Origin: Mobula hypostoma
Taxonomy: Eukaryota
Direction: 5' to 3'
Assembly (NCBI RefSeq): GCF_963921235.1
Contig: NC_086097.1
Span: 179,492,001-179,556,000, forward strand
Length of the DNA stretch: 64,000 nt
In this document: in pieces, positions 51,513 to 63,746 of the stretch
Layout: every line of letters begins with the position of its first letter
Position numbering within the stretch: the stretch's first letter is position 1
Notes under the pieces: generated by a model
Database searches by the model: none
What the model was told of the DNA's origin: nothing
Seen by the model: only the letters and a program-made list of their open reading frames with translations
Made by a program: the position numbers and the translations under genes

Positions 51513-54500
51513 AAAGAAACCATAGAAAAACTACAGCACAGAAACAGGCCTTTTGGCCCTTCTTGGCTGTGCCGAACCATTTTCTGCCTAGTCCCACTGA
51601 CCTGCACACGGACCATATCCCTCCATACACCTCCCATTCATGTATCTGTCCAACTTATTCTTAAATGTTAAAAAAGAACCCGCATTTACCACCTCGTCTG
51701 GCAGCTCATTCCATACTCTCACCACTCTCTGTGTGAAGAAGTCCCCCCAATGTTCCCTTTAAACTTTTCCCCCCTCACCCTTAACCCATGTCCTCTGGTT
51801 TTTTTCTCCCCTTGCCTCAGTGGAAAAAGCCTGCTTGCATTCACTCTATCTATACCCATCATAATTTTATATACCTCTATCAAATCTCCCCTCATTCTTC
51901 TACGCTCCAGGGAATAAAGTCCTAACCTATTCAACCTTTCACTGTAACTGAGAGTTTCTCAAGTCCCGGCAACATCCTCGTAAACCTTCTCTGCACTCTT
52001 TCAACCTTATTAATATCCTTCCTGTAATTTGGTGACCAAAACTGAACACAATACTCCAGATTCGGCCTCACCAATGCCTTATACAACCTCATCATAACAT
52101 TCCAGCTCTTATACTCAATACTTTGATTAATAAAGGTCAATGTACCAAAAGCTCTCTTTACGACCCTATCTACCTGTGACGCCACTTTTAGGGAATTTTG
52201 TATCTATATTCCCAGATCCCTCTGTTCTACTACACTCCTCAGTGCCTTACTATTAACCCTGTATGTTCTACCTTGGTTTGTCCTTCCAACGTGCAATACC
52301 TCACACTTGTCTGTATTAAACTCCATCTGCCATTTTTCAGCCCATTTTTCCAGCTGATCCAAGTCCCTCTGCAGGCTCTGAAAACCTTCCTCACTGTCTA
52401 CTACACCTCCAATCTTTGTATCATCAGCAAATTTGCTGATCCAATTTACCACATTATCATCCAGATCATTGATATAGATGACAAATAACAATGGACCCAG
52501 CACTGATCCTTGTGGCACACCACTAGTCACAGGCCTCCACTTGGAGAAGCAATTCTCTACTACCACTCTTTGGCTTCTACCATTGAGCCAATGTCTAATC
52601 CAATTTACCACCTCTCCATGTATACCGAGCGACTGAATTTTCCTAACTAACCTCCCATGCGGGACCTTGTCAAAGGCCTTACTGAAGTCCACGTAGACAA
52701 TATCCACTACCTTCCCTTCATCCACTTTCCTGGTAACCTCCTCGAAAAACTCCAATAGATTGGTCAAACATGACCTACCACGCACAAAGCCATGTTGACT
52801 CTCCCTAATAAGTCCCTGTCTATCCAAATGCTTGTAGATTCTGTCTCTTAGTACTCCCTCCAATAACTTACCTACCACCGACGTTAAACTTACTGGCCTA
52901 TAATTTCCCGGATTACTTTTCGATCCTTTTTTAAACAACGGAACAACATGAGCCACTCTCCAATCCTCCAGCACCTCACCCGTAGACAGCGACATTTTAA
53001 ATATTTCTGCCAGGGCCCCTGCAATTTCAACACTAGTCTCCTTCAAGGTCCAAGGGAACACCCTGTCAGGGTCCGGGGATTTATCCTCAAGACAGCAAGC
53101 ACCTCCTCCTTTTCAATCTGTACAGTTTCCATGATCTCACTACTTGTTTCCCTTAACTCCATAGACTTCATGCCAGTTTCCTTAGTAAATACAGACGCAA
53201 ATAACCTATTTAAGATCTCCCCCATTTCCTTTGGTTCCGCACATAGCCGACCACTCTGATCTTCAAGAGGACCAATTTTATCCCTTAAAATCCTTTTGCT
53301 CTTACCTGTAAAAGCTCTTTGGATTATCCTTCACTTTGACTGCCAAGGCAACCTCATGTCTTCTTTTAGCCCTCCTGATTTCTTTCTTAAGTATTTTCTT
53401 GCACTTCTTATACTCAAGCACCTTATTTACTCCCTGTTTCCTATACATGTCATACAACTCCCTCTTCTCCTTTATCAGAGTTGCAATATCCCTTGAGAAC
53501 CAAGGTTCCTTATTCCTATTCACTTTGCCTTTAATCCTGACAGGAACATACAAACTCTGCACTCTCAATATTTCCCCTTTGAAGGCTTCCCACCTACCAA
53601 TCACATCTTTGCCAGAGAACAACCTGTCCCAATCCATGCTTTTTAGATCCTTTCTCATTTCTTCAAATTTGGCCTTCTTCCAGTTCAGAGCCTCAACCCT
53701 AGGACCAGATCTATCCTTGTCCAAGATCAAGTTGAAACTAATGGTGTTATGATCACTGGAACCAAAGTGCTCCCCGACACAGACTTCCGTCACTTGTTCT
53801 AACTCGTTTCCTAACAGGAGATCCAATATTGCATCCCCTCCAGTTGCCCTCTATATATTGATTTAGAAAACTTTCCTGAACACATTTTACAAACTCTAAA
53901 CCATCTAGACCCCTGACAGTATGGGAGTCCCAATCAATATATGGAAAATTAAAATCCCCTACCACCACAACTTTATGTTTCCTGCAGTTGCCTGCTATCT
54001 CTCTGCAGACTTGCTCTTCCAATTCTCGTTGACTATTGGGTGGTCTGTAATACAATCCCACTAATGTGGCCATACCTTTCCTGTTTCTCAGCTCCACCCA
54101 TAAGGACTCAGTAGACAAGCCCTCTAATCTGTCCTGCCTGAGCACTACTGTAATATTTTCCCTAACAAGCAATGCTACTCCCCCACCTTTCATTCCTCTG
54201 CCTCGATCACATCTGAAACATAGGAACCCTGGAATATTAAGCTGCCAGTCCTGCCCCTCCTGCAGCCAATTGCTATAACGCCATAATTCCACGTGTCAAT
54301 CCACGCCCTCAACTCATCCGCCTTCCCCGCAATACTCCTAGCATTGAAATATATACACCTCAGGAGATTTTTACCACCATTCACAACTTTTCTATTAGCG
54401 GATTTGCTTGAACTTTTAACATCATTTATTTTCACCTCAGCCACACTGTCAGCTCTGGCACGCTGGTTCCCATCCCCCTGTAAATCTAGTTTAAAGCCTC

Positions 54501-55240
54501 CCCAATAGCACTAACAAACCTCCCTGAAAGGATATTGGTCCCCCTGTAGTTCAAGTGTAACCCGTCTCTCTTGTACAGGTCCTACCTGCCCCAGAAGAGG
54601 TCCCAATGATCCTGAAATCTGAAACCCTGCCCTCTACACCAGTTCCTCAGCCGCTTGTTCCTCCTCCAGAGCATCCTATTCCTACCCTCACTGGCATGTA
54701 GCACAGGTAGCAATCCTGAGATTACCACCCTCGAGGTCCTGCTTTTCAACTTCCTTCCAAGCTCTCCATACTCACTGTCCAGGACCTCCTCACTCTTCCT
54801 TGCTATGTCATTGGTACCGATGTGCACCATGACATCTGGCTGGTCACCCTCCCACTTCAGAATGTCATGCAATTGATCAGAGACATCCCTGACCCTGGCA
54901 CCCGGGAGGCAACAAACCATCCTGGATTCTCTGTCACAACCACAGAACCTCCTATCTGCACCTCTAACTATAAAGTCCCCTATCACTACCGCTCTCCTCT
55001 TTCTCCCCCCTCCCTTCTGCACTGCAGAGCCAGACTCAGTGCCAGAGATCCGGCTACTACAGCTTGTCCCAGGTAAGTCATCCCCCGCGACAGTATCCAA
55101 TGCGGTATACTTGTTGTTGAGGGGAATGGCCACAGGGGAACCCTGCTCTACCTGCCCTTTCCTCTTCACTCGTCTGACAGTGACCCAATTTCCTGTCCTC
55201 TGCTCCTTTGGCATAACTACTTCCCTGTAGCTGCGATCTA
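51513..55240 (-). mobile_element. Near full-length CR1 LINE (ORF1 SGNH esterase + ORF2), disrupted
   Basis: AVVIGDFIVRG and HIGTND esterase motifs (54582-55240), then endonuclease and RT fragments; 3' tail near 51515. Confidence 0.95.
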
Positions 55241-55787
55241 TAAATAAGTAAACATTTTGACCCTTCTTCAGGATTCTGAAATTTTTTTTATTCTCCTTTA
55301 AAAGTGATAATCTTACATGTTCTGACATTATACTCCATCTGCCAACTTCACGGTACAAACCATCTGCTGGTAAATGGGATCAGCATAGGTACTTACTTGA
55401 TGGCATAAGGGTAAAGGTAGGCTGGTCCCACATTGTACACACTGCTTGTATTATCCTCAAAGAATTCCAGCAAATTATTTCCCCTTTGTATTGATTTTCT
55501 ATAACAGGCACAAAGCTAACTGGAAAATAGTTTTTTTTGTCTTCTTTCTTTAATGGTCCTGTTACATTTGTGGCTTTCTGATCTTCTAGGACTACTCCAG
55601 AATTGAGGGAATTTTGGTGGATTACAAGTAATGCATTATTATCTCTGCAGGCTTGTCAGTTTCAAGACAGATTAGTTCAAGGGCAACTAGGGTGGACATG
55701 TGTTGGTCTTATTACAGGATTCTCAGTCATCCAGGCCAATGTGTATCAAGCAGTAGTAAATCAAGGCAACTGGACTTGCTGTGCTGT

Positions 55788-55833
55788 CCAGAAGACGTTT
55801 CACCACTCATCTGAGAGGCTTCTTCAGTTCTGA
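55788..55833 (-). ncRNA. Minimal hammerhead ribozyme motif (core intact)
   Basis: CAGAA-CUGAAGA-AGCCUCUC(AGAU)GAGUGGU-GAAA-C-GUC-UUCUG. Confidence 0.75.
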
Positions 55834-55964
55834 TCCATGGTGGTTTAGTTTTCAAGTTTATAAACTCTGTGAGTTGCTTAGAAGTATTAAACTGCCCTCA
55901 AGTGATTGCTATAACTTTAAACTACTCACAGAGTTTATAGGCCGGAAAACTGCCCACCATGGAT

Positions 55965-56007
55965 CAGAACTGAAGAAGCCTCTCGGACGACTGGTGAAAT
56001 GTCTTCT
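55965..56007 (+). ncRNA. Minimal hammerhead ribozyme motif (degenerate)
   Basis: AGAA-CUGAAGA-stem II with mismatches-GAAA-U-GUC-UUCU; a C>T change breaks the ACGU palindrome. Confidence 0.55.
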
Positions 56008-56289
56008 AAACTACACAGCAAGTCCAGTTGCCTTGGCTTACTACTGCTTGATACACTTGTCTTGTTAGCATGCCCATTTCTCAAAAAGTGAATAAATAAA
56101 AATGTTAAAGGTGTTCAGAGGAATGATTACCAGTTGTGATACTAAGCCACACTACTGGGGAAGTTAGGAGTAATATGATTTATGGAACATCCTAAAGGAA
56201 AGATAGTGACAGATAAAGGGGATTTGGCAGCTCAAAACTGGACATCCAAGATATTTTGTGATCATTCAGCAGCAGAAATGTAGAGCAAC

Positions 56290-57030
56290 AACCAATTTGC
56301 TGGAGGAACTCAGCTGGTTAAGCAGCATCTGCAGGAAGAAAGAATTTGTTGGCATTTCAAGTGAAAATGCTCCATCAGGACGGTGCAACAGAAATTTATA
56401 CCACCGCAGTCTGTAAACACATGGCCCAATATATCCCTCACTCTACCAATACCATCAATACAGAGACACAAGAGAAAGCACGGATGCTGGAAATCTGGGT
56501 CAACATACACAAAATGCTGGAGGAACTCAGTGCTCAAGCAGCATCTTTGGAGGAAAATAAACAAACAACTTCTCAAGCAAAGTCCTTACATTAGGACCAG
56601 AAAGAAAGCAAAAGAAACAGAATTAAAGAGTGGAGTGGGGGAAGGATCTCATTGAAACTTACCAAGTATTGTAAGGCCTAGATACAGTGGATGTTGAGAG
56701 GATGTTTCCAATAGTGAGAGAGTCTAGGACCAGAGGGGACATTCTCAGAATACATGATGTTCCTTCACTACAGAAAATGAGAAGGAACTTCTTTAGCCAG
56801 AAAGTGGGTGAAGCTGTGGAATTAATTGCCATAGTTGGCTATGCACGCCAAATCAATGGATATATTCTCAGCAGCTGTCGATAAGTTCTTGATTAGTAAG
56901 GGCATCAAAGATTATGAGAAGACAGGAAAATGGATTTGAGGGAAAATAAATCAGCCATGATTGAAAGTCAGGGCAGATTCAAAGGGCTGAATAGCCTTTC
57001 TGCTCCTGTGTCTTCTGTTCTTATGGTGTT
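56290..57030. mobile_element. Penelope-tail remnants (-) followed by a decayed CR1 3' fragment (+, ~56650-57030)
   Basis: TGCTGGAGGAACTCAG motifs twice; then MFPIVRESRTRG and a CR1 3' UTR. Confidence 0.6.
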
Positions 57031-57698
57031 AAATCACAAATAGTGATTGGTAATTAAACAGATAATAGGTAGATGGTGGCTCCAAAAGCATTCACAGCCT
57101 AAACATAGGCAAGCCCAACATGAATTCTAAAGGCAAATTTAAAGTATCCATAATCATGTTCAACCAGAAGTGATGATTGAATGATTCATCTTGGCTTCCC
57201 ACCATTTCAAAGGTTCAGTCAAACCTCATTTGATCCATTTTAGTTTCTAACAATTCACAAAAAACAGCCTTTAACTACTTCGATTCATTCCACGTGTTAT
57301 CAAGTTGCAGCTGAGAGCACATCAAATGCAGTAAGAACAGATAATATCCTGGCCATTTCTAAACTAGCTGTGCCTTGGCACAATGCTTCCAGTGTAGTCA
57401 TAACATTGGCACCTATCAACAGTGGAAATTTTCCAAGATATGCAGGCTTTACCGAAAGCAGGACAGAGCCAATCCATCTACACATAAAAGGTATTAGATC
57501 AATAATAGACCATTTGGCCCTTCTAGCTTGGCCTGCCATTCAAGAACATGCTCTGTCTCCTACCGGAGTTTATTTTCCTGCACTACTCTCAAATCCCATA
57601 AATTCCTAAAAATCCAGAAATCCATTCAAATCTATCTGAATAAACTCAATGACGGAATCTCACTGCGTGGGTTAGCGGTTGCAGAGGTGGCGTGTTTG

Positions 57699-58280
57699 AA
57701 TTCCACATCCCATTCCCATTCTGATATGTCTATCCACGGCCTCCTCTACTGTAAAGATGAAGCCACACTCAGGTTGGAGGAACAACACCTTATATTCCGT
57801 CTGGGTAGCCTCCAACCTGATGGCATGAACATCGACTTCTCTAACTTCCGCTAAGGCCCCACCTCCCCCTCGTACCCCATCTGTTACTTATTTTTATGCA
57901 CACATTCTTTTTCTCACTCTCCTTTTTCTCCCTCTGTCCCTCTGAATATACCTCTTGCCCATCCTCTGGGTGTCCCCCCCTTGTCTTTCTTCCCGGACCT
58001 CCTGTCAAATGATCCTCTTGTACCCCTTTTGCCTATCACCTGTCCAGTTCTCGGCTCTATCTCTCCCCCTCCTGTCTTCTCCTATCATTTTGGATCTCCC
58101 CCTCCCCCTCCCACTTTCAAATCTCTTACTAACTCTTCCTTCAGTTAGTCCTGACGAAGGGTCTCGGCCTGAAACGTCGACTGTACCTCTTCCTACAGAT
58201 GCTGCCTGGCCTGCTGTGTTCACCAGCAACTTTGATGTGTGTTGCTTGAATTTCCAGCATCTGCAGAATTCCTCGTGTTT
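57699..58280 (+). mobile_element. Penelope-like element 3' fragment, same family as 5368-7792
   Basis: Near-identical to 7239-7790; flanked by GTGTTTGAATT (57692-57702) and GTGTTCGAATT (58281-58291). Confidence 0.92.
58146..58183 (+). ncRNA. Minimal type I hammerhead ribozyme motif
   Basis: UAGUC-CUGACGA-AGG(GUCUCGG)CCU-GAAA-C-GUC-GACUG; one loop base differs from the 7689 copy. Confidence 0.8.
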
Positions 58281-58399
58281 GTGTTCGAATTAGGTTGGGC
58301 AGGAGAGTTACTGAACTAGGGAGCTTGCTGGGGAGTAGAGTTACAATTGGTAAAAGAAGTTGGGTTGGGGCTCTAGAGTTACGATAGGTAAAAAGAATT

Positions 58400-58810
58400 A
58401 GATTGCGACAAGCAGCCAGTACCGCGTTTTATCTACTCATTATCGTTAGTTACAACTATCGCATCCTCACCATTTGCGGCTGAAGAAAGGACTTAGACCC
58501 CGCTGCCCATCAGAGTGGCCGCTGCTAGCGATGTGCGAGTCGTCACCGGCTCTGCACGGGATTGTGATGTCAATCTCCCGCCAGGGGAGCACGTGACCCC
58601 GGGACGTGCCCTTCTGATCCCGTATGGCGTCGCACTTGAAAGTGTTGACAGTACTCCGTCTTCTAACACCACTTCTATTTCTACACCCTTCCTCCACTCT
58701 GTGACCCACTCCGGCCTCTACCCGTCTCCCGGTCTCTGTAACTCATCCCAAAAGGATGCGTTGCTGATTGGTGGTCTTTGTTTAGTAGTTTACCGGCAGG
58801 GATTCTTTGT
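58400..58810 (-). promoter_or_regulatory. CpG-rich island, candidate promoter and non-coding first exon of the CABYR-like gene
   Basis: Non-repeat CpG cluster in a CpG-poor window; CCAAT on - (~58766-58770), CACGTG, CRE-like TGATGTCA; minus-strand donor ATG|GTGAGG at 58471/58470. Confidence 0.5.
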
Positions 58811-58949
58811 TGTTTGCTACCTGCAGGCAGAGGGGATTAATTAGATAGTTCTCATGATCGCACAGACACTGGGCTGATGGGTCTGATCCTAGCTGTTCTC
58901 TGTTTTCCGTCCTATTGACTTGTTTGTGAATGGAGATGTAATTAGTGAG

Positions 58950-59665
58950 TTCAGAATAAGGTTCATTATCACCGGCATGTGATGAGAAATTTGTTAACTT
59001 AGCAGCGGCAGTTCAATGCAATACATAATAGAGAAAAAAAACACAAAATAAAATAAGAATAAATAAATCAATTACAGTATACATATATTGACTAGATTAA
59101 AAATCGTGCAAAAAACGAATACTATATATTAAAAAAAAGTGAGATAGTGTCCAAGGGTTCAATGTCCATTTAGGAATCAGATGGCAGAGGGGAAGAAGCT
59201 GTTCCTGAATCGCTGAGTGTGTGCCTTCAAGGCTTCTGTACCTCCTACCTGATGGTAACAGTGAGAAAAGGGCATGTCCTGGGTGCTGGAGGTCCATAAT
59301 AACGGACGCTGCCTTTCTGAGACACCGCTCCTTGAAGATGTCCTGGCTACTTTGTAGGCTAGTACCCAAAACGGCGCCGACTAAATTTACAACCCTCTGT
59401 AGCTTCTTTCGGTCCTGTGCAGTAGTCCCCCCTCCCAAACCAGACAGTGATGCAGCATATCACAATCCTCTCCATTACACATCTATATAAGTTTTTGAGT
59501 GTATCTGTTGACGTACCAAATCTCTTCAAACTCCGAATGAAGTATAGCCGCTATGTAGCCTTCTTTATAACTGCAACGATATGTTGGGACCAGGTTAGAT
59601 CATCAGAAATCTTGGCACCCAGGAACTTAAAACTGCTCACTCTCTCCACTTCTGATCCCTCTGAG
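58950..59665 (-). mobile_element. Rex1/Babar LINE 3' fragment
   Basis: DRKKLQRVV...HPGHALFSLLPSGRRYRS C-terminal motif and AT-rich tail. Confidence 0.85.
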
Positions 59666-61459
59666 GATTGGTATGCGTTCCTTCATCTTACAAGAGAAAC
59701 TGAGTGTCAGGAAAACATGGGCATTTACGTGCCGTGAGTTACAATGTAGAATAAGTTGCCTGAAGATCTGGAGGGAACAATTAATTGTCTTTCAAAAAGA
59801 ATTTGGTTAAATACTTTAAGAAATGTTTAAGGCTATGAACCTATGAACACAAGGTTAGGGAATAGGAATACCAGTAATTCCCATGTTTTAGCCATTTGAT
59901 AATGAAAATTCATCCACATGGAATCACAAATCATTACCCAAAAATTTGAAACACAGAATAAAATTCCCTCCTACAGAATTTAATGCAGGGAAAGAAAAAA
60001 AAACAAAAATGTTCTCATTAGTCACTCAATACAGAGAGACAATACAATTTGAATATGTTGTTAGCACATCAGTTGCGTTGGCAGTCAGTCGATTCCTTCT
60101 TTTGCTCCGTCCTCTCCAGTCTGAGGACATGTAAACCCAGCATCCCAGAGTGCATTACTGCCATGCTCTTCATCTGTGGTTCCCAGTAGTCATAGTCAGC
60201 TGTTTACACAGGCTCCTTCAAGTAATCCTTTGGCATTTACTCTATTTCCACTCATTTTAACCCATTACTCTCATCATTGAATCACATCCTTTCCCTGATA
60301 TCCCTATTTCCTAAACCTTTCCCTATTCATGAGCTTTGTCCCCCAAGTCTAATGTTGCTAAATTCTGTAGGAGGTGATAATAACGGCAGTTAATCCCTTT
60401 ACTATTGCCAATAAAATTGCTTACAATGAACGAATGAGAGGGAATGTATCTGCACACAATATGTTTTAAAAGTAATTTCTAAATTAAGAGTTGATTAATA
60501 GAGAAAACACCAAAAATAAACCCATAGACATTAGGGGTATGCACAAGGATAGAGATTCGGACCTGACAAGGAAAATTGTGAAACAGACTGTTTCCTAGGA
60601 GTGTGACTCAACCATAACACAGGCATCAGGTGTAATTCAGTTGTTCATTAAGAGCGCTAATTCAGCTACAATAGGCATGTGGCCTCTTTCAATCCTATAC
60701 AGTTAAAATTCGATCAATGTACAAACGTTTGTACTTACTGTTGGTAATAATCTGCTTCTTCAAGACACTTTCTCACTAAGGATAAGAGTATAAGGTATAA
60801 GAGGAAAATAAAGGCTATGTTTGGAATTTGTAATAACCTTAGTGAATTATTCTCCTCTTCCTGCCATTTCATTCTTCTTGAAGTTATATCTTACAGTTTG
60901 AGGTTTGCTTCGGCTTCAAACTAAAACCTTACTCAAGACCAAGTAGTTATAATTTTTACTGCAGCTGGCCCAGTCATCTCTTCAGGTATAATTTTTAAGG
61001 ATCAAACACTAAACTTTCGTTGAGCAAAGAACATGTGGTAAAATAGGCAACTCCCATTTTATGGCTGTTCATTTCAGGAAGGTCCCTTTTACAGAATTCA
61101 CAAATCACTACCCAAAAAATCTGAGATAGAATAAAGGTTTGTTCTCATGGAATTTGTGTGAGGAAGGTAAATAAATCAACGCAATTATTTCCTTCAACTT
61201 ATGTTTGTTGATGACATGACACCTGTATATGGCCAGTTTTCTGGCAACGCAGTGTTCTCCCCTCCATGTAACGTGGGGGTCGCTTGTACAGCAAATCATC
61301 CTGACCTAGGTAAGTATTGAGCCAGGCTGACAGGCACGACTTGATCTGAACCTGAATATTTTATCAGAATGTACATCCAAACTGAATCAAACATGATAAG
61401 CTTAGTCAGACTGATCGATCCTAGGTATTGGAAAGCTAGGCTCTGCTTAGAAAGTCAGT

Positions 61460-62300
61460 GAGCTCATGGAAACAGGTCCCTTAACTCAATTCATCCATGG
61501 CAACTGTAAGCTCGTCCCATCTGCCAACATTTGGCCCAGACCCCTCTAAACCTCTCCTATCCATATACTTACCTAGATGGCATTTAAATGCTGTTAATGT
61601 GCTGCCTCAACCACTATTTCTAGCAGCTCATTTCAAATATATGCCACCCTTTGTGTGAAGAAGTTGCCCCTGATATGCTTTTTAAGAGTTCAACAGTTCT
61701 ATTTAATATCAGAGAATGTGTACAATATACAATCTGAAATTCTTGTTCTTCGCAGACATCCACAGAGACAGAAGAGTGCCCCAAAGAATGAGTGAGTTAA
61801 AATGTTGGAACCCCAAAGCCCCCCATATATCCCCCTCGCACATGCAGTAGCAAAGCACTGACCCTCCTCTCCCCCACTGACATCAGCAAAAAGCACCAGC
61901 ACCCTTCACCCACCAAGCAAGCAACTGCAAAGCCCCCAAGAAAGACCATGATCTGCAGTACAACAAAAACTGATTGTTCATCCGACAGTTCGACACACCA
62001 CAGGCTCTCTCTCCCTCCTCCTAGTAAAGAGATAGAGAGGTGTCACTCAGCGAGGGGACGACATAACAAAACAACTCACTGTTTTACGGTGTCTGATCTT
62101 AAACCTATGTCCCCATTTTTAGCAATTCCTTCCGGGGAAAAAAAGACTATATACTTACCCGCAGTCTGTGACTTTCAGGGTCTTATTTATTTCTGCCAGG
62201 TTGCCCCTCAATCTGCTATGTTCCAGCAAATAGTCCTAGTCTATGCAATGTCTCCTCGTAACTCAGGCATCCAAATCCAAGCAACATCCTGGTAAATCGT
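61460..62300 (-). mobile_element. Decayed CR1 3' fragment split by an unclassified ~400-bp interspersed repeat (~61685-62090)
   Basis: CR1-like sequence stops after AAGTTGCCCCTG and resumes at CTTAAACCTATGTCCCC. Confidence 0.5.
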
Positions 62301-62598
62301 GCTAATCTTGCTCTTTTGGCCCAGCCCCTGGTAAAAGGACTTTTAAAGGAGTTCCCAAGAATTTATGTTCTTTTTCAGCCTTTATTGTCTAAGCTCATCA
62401 ATGGATCCTTAAATGTCATTCCTTCTCAAATTATGTATCCAAATTCCCTTTGAATCCTAAATATGACCAAGGGAGAAATTTCATAATATGTGTGATTTTG
62501 TAAAGGTATGAACAGGTATTAAACATATTGCTTTGTAATTAATGAAAAACTTTATCTAGGATATTTCAAAGAAAAGAGAACTAATTGGCAAAAAGATC

Positions 62599-62604
62599 TT
62601 TATT
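62599..62604 (-). terminator. Polyadenylation signal of the upstream gene
   Basis: AATAAA on -, ~140 nt after the stop codon. Confidence 0.6.
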
Positions 62605-62742
62605 GCACACATTAATACAAGTTTCTTTAAAGTACCAGGTTTCACTATCGTAACTTATTGTCTTCAGCCTTTTTTTCTTAAGTTTTTGCTTAAGAAGAAG
62701 GTTGGAAGAAGGTAGGATGAAATGTTGTCCTGGTTCTGTAAT

Positions 62743-63746
62743 TTAATCTTCTTTTACTTCTACTTCCACTTCTAGTTCTGGATCTGGAGTTTTTGCTCCT
62801 GGACTTGTTGTTTCTGGTGTCTTTGCATCTGGGGTTGCTGCTTCCAGTGTCTTTGTACCTGACGCAGCTACTTCTGGTGTCATTGCTCCTGGTGATGTTT
62901 CTCCAGGTGTTATTACCCCCGGTGTCGTTGCTTCTGGTGATTTTGCACCGGGTGTCATTACTTCTGGTGATTTTGCTTCTAGTGTTGCTGCCCCAGGTGT
63001 TGATGTTCCTGGTGATTTTGCTCCAGGTGTTGTTATTCCTGGTGATTTTGCTCCAGGTGTAGTTGCTCCTGGTGTTGTTACCCCAGGTGTCGTTGTTTCT
63101 GGGGATTTTGCCCCAGGTGTTCTTAGTCCTGGAGATACTACTCCAGGTGTCGTTCTTTCTGGGGATTTTGCTGCTGGTGATTTTGCTTCTGGGGATTTTG
63201 CCCCAGGTGTAGTTGCTCCTGGAGATGTTAATGCAGGTGTTGTTGTTCCTGGGGATTTTGCCCCAGGTGTAGTTGCTCCTGGAAATGTTAATGCAGGTAT
63301 TGTTGTTTCTGGAGATTTTGCTTCTGGTGATGCTGCTTTTGTGCTCTCTGCGGTAGGTTCTGCTCCTTGGCGTTGTTTCCCTTCTGCACTTTGCTCCTTG
63401 GACATAACATCAGCAAGATTTTTAATACTGCCAATCAGATCATCCATTTTAGTTCCCAATTTATCAATTCTACCATATACTAGTTTAAAGCCCTTATCAA
63501 CAAGGCAGGGTAATTGTTTGTCATTTCCGTCAGCATCCTTTCCCTCTGGACAAGATGCAATAAGATCCTCTTCTGCAGAATCAGTCTCTGCAGCTGCTGC
63601 TGGTTTTGAAGAACTTTCTTCTAGAGGGCAAACTGCACTGGAGTCTGATGTTCTCCCAGTGGGCGAAGGTGTTGAAGCCTCATCTTTACTAGATGAATGT
63701 AATGGGCAACTATCACCATCATCAGACTTTTCAGACTCCTGAATAC
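62743..63746 (-). CDS. Terminal exon of an unidentified gene: Ser/acidic region, coiled coil, pentapeptide S/T-P repeats
   Basis: Acceptor TTTCCAATATAG|GT, phase 1; 1004 nt open to TAA; downstream AATAAA; the repeat keeps frame throughout. Confidence 0.8.
62782..63336 (-). repeat. Coding 15-bp tandem repeat, 37 units (AKSPE/ATTPG-type)
   Basis: 555 nt = 37 x 15; translation AASPE AKSPE TTIPA ... AKTPD. Confidence 0.92.

Larger units (their letters stand above)
55717..56056. repeat. Penelope terminal-repeat-derived palindrome
   Basis: 55741-~55885 is the imperfect reverse complement of ~55911-56056; each arm carries CTGAAGAAGCCTCTC...GGTGAAA(C/T)GTCTTC...AAGTCCAGTTGCC. Confidence 0.85.

Noticed and set aside
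17373..54508. Many 60-170 aa ORFs antisense to CR1/Gypsy ORFs
   Set aside because: Shadow frames of retroelement coding sequence; they recur in each copy and have no splice or domain support.
60090..60240. Possible small RNA (TGTAAAC...GTTTACA pairing)
   Set aside because: Only a 7-bp complement with no convincing hairpin or snoRNA boxes.
61232..61246. RFX X-box-like site (also CCATGGCAAC near 22887)
   Set aside because: Short motifs expected by chance in 64 kb; no supporting evidence.
62743..63746. Neurofilament heavy chain or TTC39C
   Set aside because: The period is 5 aa and Thr/Gly-rich rather than Lys/Glu-rich, and no filament rod end motif is visible. There are no TPR-like helices or TTC39C-like C-terminus. 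Left unnamed.
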